DNA from: Limnohabitans sp.
GTDB lineage: Bacteria > Pseudomonadota > Gammaproteobacteria > Burkholderiales > Burkholderiaceae_C
Reading direction: 5' to 3'
DNA length: 32,000 nt
Assembly (NCBI RefSeq): GCF_036804465.1
Contig: NZ_DAIRSK010000013.1
Coordinates: forward strand, 24,441-56,440
Of the stretch, positions 9,309-17,047 are shown in pieces. The notes beneath the pieces were generated by a model, which saw only the letters and a program-made list of their open reading frames with translations, did no database searches and was not told the origin of the DNA. A program made the translations under genes and the position numbers. The stretch's first letter is position 1, and each line of letters opens with the position of its first letter.

Positions 9309-10037
9309 TTAAAACCGATAGCCTACGCGCAGCACATAGTCTGTGGTGTTGAGCTTCACATCGCCCGTGCTGGTGACTGCCACACCCATACCTGGGCCCA
9401 CAAAGGTGGCAGTGGTTTTGATTGGCAGATAGGCCACTGAACCAATCACGCTCCACCTGTCATCGATGTTGTAGACAACACCTGCGTTAAAGACAGGCGC
9501 CCAAGATGACTTGAAAGACGCCGACGTGGCAGCCAAGGCCTGCACCGTCGCGTCTGCAGTATTGGTTTTGATATCCGTAAACGTCACATGCGTCAGGCCC
9601 AAACCCAGATAGGGACGCCATTGATCTTTGGCTTCACCAAAGAAGTATTTGGCAATCACGGCAGGCGTCAAAATCTTTAACTTTGCAGCGGCAGGATGCG
9701 TTTTGACTGTGCCATTGGGCGTATTCAAATCCTGAGTGAACTCTGAAGGAATACCCAGCGACAGCTCGGCGCCCATGTTGTCGCTGTACATGTGCAACCA
9801 GCTGAAGGGCACCGTTGATTTGCCTGCCACACTCACAGAAGCGTCTTTCAATTGCGCGGTAAACGCTGCCGCTGAGGGGGCACTGGCACTGGTTGAAGTC
9901 ACTGTGCCAAGTTGGGCATCGGGGTTGATCGAAGCCAATCCAAGGCTCACGATGTTGTCACCCGCTTTTTGCGCCAACGCACCTGAGGCAGCAACAGCCA
10001 AGGCGCAGGCAAAAGAAATCTTTGAAATTGTTTTCAT
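9309..10037 (-). CDS. ompW: OmpW/AlkL family outer-membrane protein
   Basis: 242 aa, signal peptide ...AASGALA/QKA, alternating beta-strand pattern, C-terminal ...LRVGYRF. Confidence 0.85.
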   Translation of the reverse strand: MKTISKISFACALAVAASGALAQKAGDNIVSLGLASINPDAQLGTVTSTSASAPSAAAFTAQLKDASVSVAGKSTVPFSWLHMYSDNMGAELSLGIPSEFTQDLNTPNGTVKTHPAAAKLKILTPAVIAKYFFGEAKDQWRPYLGLGLTHVTFTDIKTNTADATVQALAATSASFKSSWAPVFNAGVVYNIDDRWSVIGSVAYLPIKTTATFVGPGMGVAVTSTGDVKLNTTDYVLRVGYRF

Positions 10038-10057
10038 TGTCGTCTCCCATTTTTAAA

Positions 10058-10094
10058 AATAAAAAACCCCACTGCGTTTCCACAGCGGGGTTTT
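10058..10094 (-). terminator. Terminator of porin 2 (part of the conserved porin 3' module)
   Basis: On the minus strand, a CCCCGCTG-TGGAAACG-CAGTGGGG hairpin is followed by TTTTTT. Near-identical copies follow the other two porin genes. Confidence 0.75.
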
Positions 10095-10133
10095 AGACTT
10101 TTAAATCCTTAACTGGCTAAGCCAGCGCGGGGA

Positions 10134-11323
10134 TTAGAAGGACTTGCTGACACCGATAGCTGTACGCTTGATCTCAGAACCAGCAGTAGCAGTAGCAGCG
10201 CCATCAGCGTACTTCAGGTTGTCATAACGCACATATGCACGTGCTGTCTTGCTGAGGTTGTAGTTCAAGCCCAAGCCAGTCATCTTACGGTCGCCAGTGA
10301 CAGTAGCAGTTGCGGCGTTCTTGCCGTCAACAGTTGCCATTTGAGCCATGATGTCGATCTGACCCATGGTGTACACAACGCCGTACTGCGTGAACTTAGA
10401 GTTGGCGATGCTGGCAACAGAAGCCTTAGAACCACCAGTGGCAGCGCTGATCTTCAAGGTTGGCATCACTGCATAAGAGGCAGCCAAAACAGTGTGTGTG
10501 TTAGTGCTGTTGGCAGTCAAGCCAGCAGTTTGATCAGTCAACTTACCACCGTTAAATGTGGTGTCAGAGCCAACTTTGTATTTCAAAGAAGCGTACATCA
10601 CGTCCACTGGACCAGCTGCGTAGCGGATAGACATGTCGGTCACGCCAACAGTTGAAACCGCAGAAGCTGCGCCGCTGTCGTTGCTCAAGGCTTGGCCCAA
10701 AGACACTGTGACGTTCATGATTTTTGGAGAAACGTACTTGACAGTATTGATTTGACGGATGCCGCGAACGCCACCGTTGGTAGCAGATGCTGCAGCGTTG
10801 ATCACTTGGTTGTTGCGACCCGAAGTACCTGAGCCGTAACCGTCATGCACAGAAAATGCTGAGCTGTAGGCAGAACCCACACCAGTTGAGAATGCAGCGC
10901 CAATGCCTGTGGTGGCAGTCAACACTTCATTGTTGACGTTACCCAAACGCAGTGTGCCCAACTTGGCATCTTCAACGAACAAGAAGGATTGCGCGTTACC
11001 AAAAGAACCGTTGGCTGTTGGGATGTTGCCAACAGCAGTGTTTGCAGCAGCAGCGCCGTCTTGAGTCAAGCCACCAGCTTCAGCCCAGTCAGTTGCGATG
11101 CTCGCACCAACCTTCAGGCCGCCGCCGAGGTCTTCAGTAGCAACGAATAGGACACCAGTGGTACCAGCTGAAGAAGAAATGCCTTTGACATCCTTCTGAT
11201 TGTCAGAGCTGTTTGTTTTTGTGTAAGCACGGTCCATGTAACCAGTGATGGAAACTGATGATTGTGCGAATGCTGACACTGCGGTCAATGCTGCGATAGC
11301 AACGAGGGTTTACGATTTTGCAT
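10134..11323 (-). pseudogene. General porin (porin 2); body intact, 5' end out of frame with its RBS+ATG (apparent 1-nt frameshift)
   Basis: The ORF 10134-11288 encodes a complete barrel from ...LTAVSAFA/QSS to ...GVSKSF. AAAGGAG-N9-ATG (11339-11321) reads ATG CAA AAT CGT AAA CCC TCG... and stops after 12 codons. One extra A in AAA would give MQNRKTLVAIAALTAVSAFA. Within the porin frame, a TAA lies directly upstream of the KTLV codons. Confidence 0.65.
11284..11311. repeat. Left copy of the 28-bp direct repeat GTCAATGCTGCGATAGCAACGAGGGTTT (candidate att core)
   Basis: Identical 28-mer at 19129-19156. On the minus strand it encodes the porin signal-peptide residues TLVAIAAL plus flanking partial codons. 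Confidence 0.8.
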
Positions 11324-11387
11324 TAGAAGGTACTCCTTTAAGGTGCTTAAAAGGTTCTTAATTGATTGCATCGTAGTCTTTTTTACA

Positions 11388-11557
11388 AAAGTTGTATGGT
11401 CTGCGGCATACAACTTTGTGGCGGTTTTCACAACATTTTGCAAACTGTTTTTCGCACTGGCACGATTGGCAAGACGATGGTGGCTGCACGGATTTCAAGC
11501 GCCAGCAAATCGCTTGGGAACAGCGTGAAATCTTTGCCCTATACGGCATACAACTTT
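11388..11557 (+). promoter_or_regulatory. Three copies of CATACAACTTT upstream of int1 (candidate recombinase or regulator binding sites)
   Basis: AAAGTTGTATG (11388-11398, inverted), CATACAACTTT (11407-11417) and CATACAACTTT (11547-11557). The first two form a perfect 11-bp inverted repeat with an 8-bp spacer. Confidence 0.4.
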
Positions 11558-11568
11558 ACGCTGCGAGC

Positions 11569-12891
11569 ATGTTCACTCAGCTTGCCAATTACAGCTCTAT
11601 CGCTGCAAATGACGATAGAAACTCACGCGATCGCACCGTTCCAATACCAAGCACCATTGCAGCTGTCGCTGGTTATCCCAGCAAGCTAGTGGTTTACAAA
11701 ATCTCTGCCAGTCAATATTGGCAAGTGCGCTGCTGGGTTGATGGTCGTTTTCATAGACGATCAGCAAAAACCACTTCGTTCAAATTGGCAGAGCGATTTG
11801 CACGTTGGTTTTATGAAAGCCTGCTCGCCAAGCGACATGTCTCGCAGCTTGAGCCAAGTGCTGCACTTGCCACCCAACCTGCCCGCAAGACAAATGATCC
11901 TCAAGCGCTGAGGTTTGGTGCGATTGCTTCACAGGTTTATGCCAATGAACATGCACGAATGGAGCGTGGTGAATTTGGGGCTGGCAGTTTACGAATGTTT
12001 CGCAACAGGCTAGATGCATATGTTCTCCCGCACTTTGGTGCAATGCTTCCAAGTGCGATCACGTACCAAATGCTGCAGGAGTTTGCACAAACGTTAAGCA
12101 TCAAGCACACAACCACCACAGTTAGTAACTATCTAATCTGTGTTCGCAAGGTGCTTGTTCATGCTGTGCGTATTGGTGCAATAGAGCTAGCGCCTGATAT
12201 CCCAAAGATAAAGGTCAAGTCTGCGTCCCGTGGTGCATTTACACCCACTGAATATTGGCAGCTACTTAGAGCTGCACGTGCGCTGCGTGGTGTGCAACAT
12301 CCAGCTGGTAGGAAAGAGATGCGTAAGCGCATCAAGCAGGCATACAACGACCATCGCATGCCACCAGATATGGCTTGGGCAATTAGCATGATGGTCAATT
12401 GCTTTTTGCGACCAGGCGACTTAACCAAGCTCAAGCATCGCCATGTTGAAGTGATACGGGGCAAGAACACCTATTTGCGACTGACCCTGCCAGAAACCAA
12501 GCTGCACAGTGCGCCCATCGTCACTCTGCGACCTGCGGTTCGCATTTATGAGCAAATCCGCCAGTACAGACCTGAAGCAAAGTCCAACGATTACCTATTA
12601 CTGCCAGACCTTAAAAATCGCACCCACGCACTAGCGGTACTCAGCACCATGTTTAATTGGGTGCTTGACCATACAGGGCTAAAACTTAACCCACACGGCA
12701 ATCCGCGTAGCCTTTACAGCTTGCGACACAGCGCCATCACGTTTCGTCTGCTGTATGGGCAAGGCATAGACCTGATCACACTGGCACGAAATGCACGAAC
12801 CAGCGTTGAGGTGATCAACAACCACTACGCAAGCACAGTTACGGGCGAACAAAATATTGCCATGCTGCAAAGTCGTCGCCCGCGAAAGTGA
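11569..12891 (+). CDS. Tyrosine-type site-specific integrase (int1)
   Basis: Catalytic-domain motifs RPGD..., LYSLRHSAITFRL, LARNARTSVEVINNHYAS. About half of its residues match int2 (19362-20672) by eye, including the N-terminal PSKLVVYKISASQYWQVR box. The ATG at 11569 gives a length equivalent to int2. Confidence 0.85.
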   Translation: MFTQLANYSSIAANDDRNSRDRTVPIPSTIAAVAGYPSKLVVYKISASQYWQVRCWVDGRFHRRSAKTTSFKLAERFARWFYESLLAKRHVSQLEPSAALATQPARKTNDPQALRFGAIASQVYANEHARMERGEFGAGSLRMFRNRLDAYVLPHFGAMLPSAITYQMLQEFAQTLSIKHTTTTVSNYLICVRKVLVHAVRIGAIELAPDIPKIKVKSASRGAFTPTEYWQLLRAARALRGVQHPAGRKEMRKRIKQAYNDHRMPPDMAWAISMMVNCFLRPGDLTKLKHRHVEVIRGKNTYLRLTLPETKLHSAPIVTLRPAVRIYEQIRQYRPEAKSNDYLLLPDLKNRTHALAVLSTMFNWVLDHTGLKLNPHGNPRSLYSLRHSAITFRLLYGQGIDLITLARNARTSVEVINNHYASTVTGEQNIAMLQSRRPRK

Positions 12892-13338
12892 TTACTTCTT
12901 GAACCCATCTCGCAGCTTGACACTGGCAGCTTCAATCAGCACATCAAGCTCTGCGTTTTGTGTTGCAGTAATCACTGTATCCAACACTGACACCAATTGC
13001 TTATAGTCCGTGATTTCAATTGCTGTCTTACCTTTTGCAAGTTCTAGGTTTCTACTTCCATAAAAAATGCTCAGCAGCGTTTCGTTCTTTTCACCAGTCC
13101 ACCACCATGCTTTGATACGCACTGGCACTTCACGCACTGTGCGCTCTCCTGTAGCTTTATCCCGCACAGTTCGCAGACGTTTTGGTGTGTAGTTGCGACC
13201 TTCAAGCTGCGCCATGGCGAGTTCACGCTGTTCGCTCAGCTTGTTCAGTAATTTGTTGCGACGCTTGATCACGTCTGGCAACGCACGGGGTTTGCGAGCT
13301 GTGGTCAATTTAAGAGTGGCGAGTGCAGAAGTGGACAT
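12892..13338 (-). CDS. Hypothetical protein (148 aa, basic N-terminus, KAWWWTGEK motif)
   Basis: Clean ORF with AGGAAAAG upstream of the ATG. Its stop abuts the int1 stop (TGATTA, zero spacer). No family recognised with confidence. Confidence 0.6.
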   Translation of the reverse strand: MSTSALATLKLTTARKPRALPDVIKRRNKLLNKLSEQRELAMAQLEGRNYTPKRLRTVRDKATGERTVREVPVRIKAWWWTGEKNETLLSIFYGSRNLELAKGKTAIEITDYKQLVSVLDTVITATQNAELDVLIEAASVKLRDGFKK

Positions 13339-13475
13339 GTGCTTTTCCTTTCAGTTGTTTGATAAAGCACAGGTAATTTTGTGATCATGCTGGCGCTTGG
13401 GCGACCAGCAACCCGTCATTTAGGCGGGGCATTGAGATGTAGTGACGTGTTAAACGACAGTTCGTGAACGTCTAG

Positions 13476-13781
13476 CTACTGGACGTTGGGCTTCACTTGT
13501 CTTGCTGCTGTAAGTGACTTTTGGGCTTTAGCGACCTGCTGGCGCTGGCGCTCAGCACTCAATGCGTCATTGGCGCGATCTTTCGTAGCCTTCAAGCTAT
13601 CAATACGTTGCTGCTCTGGAGTTTTGGGTTTGATTGTTTCCCCAAGCACGGGGCTGGCAACGATGCTGTCCCAGCCATATTGGTATTGCAGCAGCAGACG
13701 TGCATGTGTCGTGCTTTCTGCATGAACAACGGTTTTGACGATGTTGCCCTTGATGCGAACTGTGGCGTTGTAGTCTTTCAT
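13476..13781 (-). CDS. Hypothetical protein (101 aa)
   Basis: An ORF is the only evidence. The C-terminal half is charged and predicted helical (QQRIDSLKATKDRANDALSAERQRQQVAKAQK). The RBS is weak. Confidence 0.45.
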   Translation of the reverse strand: MKDYNATVRIKGNIVKTVVHAESTTHARLLLQYQYGWDSIVASPVLGETIKPKTPEQQRIDSLKATKDRANDALSAERQRQQVAKAQKSLTAARQVKPNVQ

Positions 13782-14365
13782 GAATTATTTAGCCAAATAT
13801 CTCCATGAAAAATGCACGGTTCTTTTTGGCAGGACTAAATATATTGACGATCAAAGAAGAGGAAAACTTTGATCATCACAATCACTACTGAAACGAGCAG
13901 TGCCCTCAGTCGTTAGGCACCCTATACCTGGTCATTGTTGGTCACAGGGACGGAAATTCTGAGCAGTAGCAGAGACTTGTTGTCACTACCCGTATGGATG
14001 ATGTTGAGCGTTGCGGCTCAATTGGCACAAGAATACATAAAGCACAAAAGTGATAGGTTAAACCTATGCACTACGAGCAAGTAAAGACGCTGATATCTTG
14101 CGAACGCTGAAACGGTTGGCACTTGGGCTGTTTCGTGCGTTGCGTTTCATTGCAGTTCATAAAGGGAGATAGCGAAACCGCCCCTACCTGTTAAAAGGTT
14201 GAACTCAAGTGCTGTGGTAACGAACTCATCGAAAGTCCGTGTCCATTTCTGAGCCTTATTGCTTAAGGCTCAGTGTGGGTTGAATCTATCGAATGCCCTC
14301 AATTCAATACTTGTTTCAACTTTAAGACTTTCCAAACCGAAAACTTAAAAGCAGGTGATGAGCAG

Positions 14366-14593
14366 ATGCTGAGCGAGAGCGACAGCACAAGCGAGCTGCG
14401 CTCGCTTTATCAATGTGACATTGGGGATATTGCGTCCGCACTTGCAACCTCTCAAATCAACCCTACAAGCAACGATTTATCCCTACCTGCAGCTCTGGTA
14501 GCTGGAACGAACAAAAGACGCTGCAGCGTTGTTTTAAGCAATTGCAGGGCAAATGTCGTCTTTGTCCCACAGATTGCACGGGTAAAGGCATAA
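14366..14593 (+). CDS. Possible small ORF (75 aa) inside a long non-coding stretch
   Basis: The ATG at 14366 is preceded by AGGTGA. The stop is followed 7 nt later by a perfect 13-bp hairpin. The composition is not compelling. Confidence 0.25.
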   Translation: MLSESDSTSELRSLYQCDIGDIASALATSQINPTSNDLSLPAALVAGTNKRRCSVVLSNCRANVVFVPQIARVKA

Positions 14594-14600
14594 ATACCTG

Positions 14601-14630
14601 CACCAAATAAAAGTGCGCTTTTATTTGGTG
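14601..14630. other. Perfect 13-bp stem / 4-nt loop hairpin
   Basis: CACCAAATAAAAG-TGCG-CTTTTATTTGGTG. No flanking T-run on either strand, so it is not a canonical intrinsic terminator. Confidence 0.7.
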
Positions 14631-14739
14631 ATGACGGAAGTCATTGAAATCATTGAAGATTTTTACCCTGCCATCTTCTCAGGGCAAAGGTCGCCCAAAA
14701 ACACAAAAGAAAACACACTTAAAGGAACGAAATCATTAA

Positions 14740-15324
14740 ATGCAAACAACACAAATCATGAGCCAAGCAAAAACACTCACCTCCACTGAACTTGAGCAGG
14801 TATTGAATTACATCGCAGCTCAAAGTTACTCCCAACGCAATCGCGTGATGCTGCTGACAGGACTATGGTCAGGCATGCGAGTTGGAGAAATCAGCAGTTT
14901 GACCATTAGTGATGTGATGAACCCAGATCGCTCTGTCAAAGCAGAAGTGCGATTGACAGCTGAGCAAACCAAGGGTCGCCAACCACGCACAGTGTTCCTG
15001 CCGCAGAAGCTGCGGGACGAACTCGCTGCATACATGGCGCTGCGAACAGATGCCAAGCCAGAACACCCACTTTTCGTCACAGCAGGTCGCAAACGCTTTA
15101 GTGCCAATGTGATGGCACAGCATTTTCACTACTTGTTCAAGAAGGCTGGTATTGCGGGTGCAAGTAGCCACTCCATGCGTCGCAGCTTCATCACCAACTT
15201 GGCAGCCAAGGGCATAGGCGTTCGTGTGCTAGCCAGTCTCGCAGGACATCGCTCAATCGCCGTGACCCAACGCTACATTGACGTGAATGACGAGATGAAG
15301 CGCAACGCTGTGGAGTTGATTTAG
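14740..15324 (+). CDS. Short catalytic-domain-only tyrosine recombinase (FimB/FimE/MrpI-sized)
   Basis: 194 aa. Candidate catalytic residues: R in GMRVGEI, HSMRRS (H-x-x-R), GHRS and the RY tyrosine. There is no N-terminal core-binding domain. Its N-terminal layout LTSTELEQVL...NRVMLLTGLWSGMRVGEISSLTISDV parallels FimB as I recall it. Confidence 0.8.
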   Translation: MQTTQIMSQAKTLTSTELEQVLNYIAAQSYSQRNRVMLLTGLWSGMRVGEISSLTISDVMNPDRSVKAEVRLTAEQTKGRQPRTVFLPQKLRDELAAYMALRTDAKPEHPLFVTAGRKRFSANVMAQHFHYLFKKAGIAGASSHSMRRSFITNLAAKGIGVRVLASLAGHRSIAVTQRYIDVNDEMKRNAVELI

Positions 15325-15328
15325 GCAT

Positions 15329-15356
15329 AAAAAAGCCCTGCAGCAACTACAGGGCT
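15329..15356 (-). terminator. Terminator of the minus-strand AAA+ operon
   Basis: AGCCCTG-N9-CAGGGCT hairpin followed, on the minus strand, by TTTTTT. Confidence 0.6.
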
Positions 15357-15380
15357 AATCGTCCAGCAACGAGACGATGA

Positions 15381-16061
15381 TCAGACGATTGTTAGCGAAG
15401 GTGCTGTGGCTTTCCATTTAGGAAATGTTTGCCCATTGTTAAAAAGAAATAACAACTCGTCTGCTTTCTTGAAGTATTTTCGTAAATCCATAAAGTGTTC
15501 TTCTTGCTTTAAGTAATAAAGAACCTGAGCATCTGGCAAGTTCAGCCCCTCTGCTTTAAGCACATACTGGATGCGAGGCAGAGCTGCCATGGCACTTATG
15601 CCCCCAAATTCAATCATGTCAAAGCGAGAGCGCAAAGCACGATCAATATTCATGGGATGGTTTGTGGTGATGATCGCCATCACTTCATCCTCACACGCAT
15701 CCAAGGCAGCCCAGAATTTGTTAACGTTGCGCTTTGCATTGTCAAACTCGTTGAATACCAAAAAATACTTGCTACTGGTTGTCATCCGTGCCAATGCACA
15801 AGCATTGCGAAAATGATCATGCAGCTTTGGCTTTGCTAGCAGCTCATCAAAGTCTTCGCTTTCCACTAGAGCATCAGCGCCACCAATTACGTTGACCAGC
15901 AAGTGGGCCATAGTTGTCTTACCTGTTCCGTTGGGGCCGTGCAGCATTACATGGCCCTCCATCTGGGCAGCAGCGTAGGCGTTAATGCGTCGTTCTACTG
16001 CTGCGCTGGGATAAATGACCTCGCGGAGGGCGGTTGGGGCGTATTTAATTGCGGTTTTCAT
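15381..16061 (-). CDS. Small AAA+ ATPase with clamp-loader (RFC / T4 gp44)-like boxes, lacking a collar domain
   Basis: KYAPTALREVIYP (RFC box II-like), Walker A GPNGTGKTT, Walker B LVFNEFD, sensor-1 IITTN, SRC-like RSRF. Only 226 aa. Confidence 0.75.
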   Translation of the reverse strand: MKTAIKYAPTALREVIYPSAAVERRINAYAAAQMEGHVMLHGPNGTGKTTMAHLLVNVIGGADALVESEDFDELLAKPKLHDHFRNACALARMTTSSKYFLVFNEFDNAKRNVNKFWAALDACEDEVMAIITTNHPMNIDRALRSRFDMIEFGGISAMAALPRIQYVLKAEGLNLPDAQVLYYLKQEEHFMDLRKYFKKADELLFLFNNGQTFPKWKATAPSLTIV

Positions 16062-16115
16062 CTGCTTTCCTTTCTATTTAGATGACAGACAGGAGTCTGT
16101 CCCCTGTCTAACTCT

Positions 16116-16907
16116 TTAGCCGTTGACCACTTTGCTCGTTTGCTCATCGTTTGCAGCCGCGAGCAAATCGTTGCTTTCGCGCTGAGTCTGATCGCCCATC
16201 TCTTTATCTGCCATGGCTGTCGCTACCTGTGCTTTCGCCATACGCACCACCAATGCATTTACCAATGCTTCATTGATGTTGCTGAGTGACCCCACGACAT
16301 CAGCACCTCCATTGACACATGGCTTGACCAAAAGCACTGCATAAGTGCCTGTCAACCCTTCAAGCGAGACATGAGCCAAAGGCTGCAAAGCCTTGTTCTC
16401 CAAATCACCTTTGACCACTGCAGTCGCTGCCTTTACAGCTTCTTGCTTCGCTACTGCCTCTGCTTTCTTGACCATCTTGCGCTTGATCTCCTCAATACCT
16501 CCTTGCTTCACTACCCAAGCTGCGAAGCCTTTCGCATTGATTTCGTGCGATACAGCAGCAGCTAACACATAGCCGTAGCCTTGGGCACGCTTACGATCAG
16601 CGTTGAACACATAGCGTGTCAGCATGGTCAGCGTTGTAGAGGTCTTCACCACACGAACCTTGGCCGCTGTCAAACGCTCAATCAACTGGCGACGTAGTGC
16701 TTTTTTATCATCCTCGCTGCCCTTAACAAAGCGGACATTAAACACCTCCAAACAATCAGCCAACAAGGCATACAAACCTTCATTTGCCTTTTTGTAGTCC
16801 GTTGCTTCCCATTGCTCGCGACGAGCAGACAGAACGTCCAGTTGCTGGACGATGGAGTCAGCGAATACCAAGTTTTCTGCGGTCAGGGTTTTTACTTTCT
16901 TGCTCAT
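16116..16907 (-). CDS. Hypothetical protein (263 aa), co-transcribed upstream of the AAA+ ATPase
   Basis: The ATG at 16907 is preceded by AAGGAGAA. The longer ORF start at 17018 has no RBS. No family recognised. Confidence 0.6.
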   Translation of the reverse strand: MSKKVKTLTAENLVFADSIVQQLDVLSARREQWEATDYKKANEGLYALLADCLEVFNVRFVKGSEDDKKALRRQLIERLTAAKVRVVKTSTTLTMLTRYVFNADRKRAQGYGYVLAAAVSHEINAKGFAAWVVKQGGIEEIKRKMVKKAEAVAKQEAVKAATAVVKGDLENKALQPLAHVSLEGLTGTYAVLLVKPCVNGGADVVGSLSNINEALVNALVVRMAKAQVATAMADKEMGDQTQRESNDLLAAANDEQTSKVVNG

Positions 16908-16950
16908 GGGGTTCTCCTTTAAGTGAGCTATCAACCTAGCTTTCAGGCAC

Positions 16951-17032
16951 TTTGCTTTGTGTTTGCTTTGTCGATAACGAATAGTCTCATCGTTATCAGT
17001 TATCATGCCTTTAAGCACATTTATGTGATAAC
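16951..17032. promoter_or_regulatory. Divergent promoter/operator region with GATAAC half-sites and a tandem 11-mer
   Basis: TTTGCTTTGTG/TTTGCTTTGTC tandem (16951-16972). GATAACGA-N9-TCGTTATC (16973-16997). GTTATCA (16999-17005) and TGATAAC (17026-17032). Confidence 0.5.
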
Positions 17033-17047
17033 ACTAAAAATATCCAT

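Noticed and set aside
11286-11323. Phase variation by slippage in the A-tract, or translational coupling of the 12-codon uORF to the TTG via the overlapping TTGA
   Set aside because: A 3-4 nt homopolymer is far too short for slipped-strand phase variation. Initiation at the TTG would yield a porin lacking the n- and h-regions of its signal peptide, so it could not be exported.
11392-11568. Upstream 59-codon extension of the int1 ORF
   Set aside because: The extension has no counterpart in int2 and is Trp/His/Cys-rich. It also covers the CATACAACTTT repeats, which look regulatory. The ATG at 11569 gives an N-terminus collinear with int2.
13782-14740. Short repeated words: CCCTACCTG at 14182 and 14481, CCCTATAC at 11537, 13921 and 19226, and TATGCACTA at 14064 and 19238
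   Set aside because: Matches of 8-9 nt are expected by chance at about this frequency in a region of this size. Without a statistical scan or conservation data I cannot call them sites.
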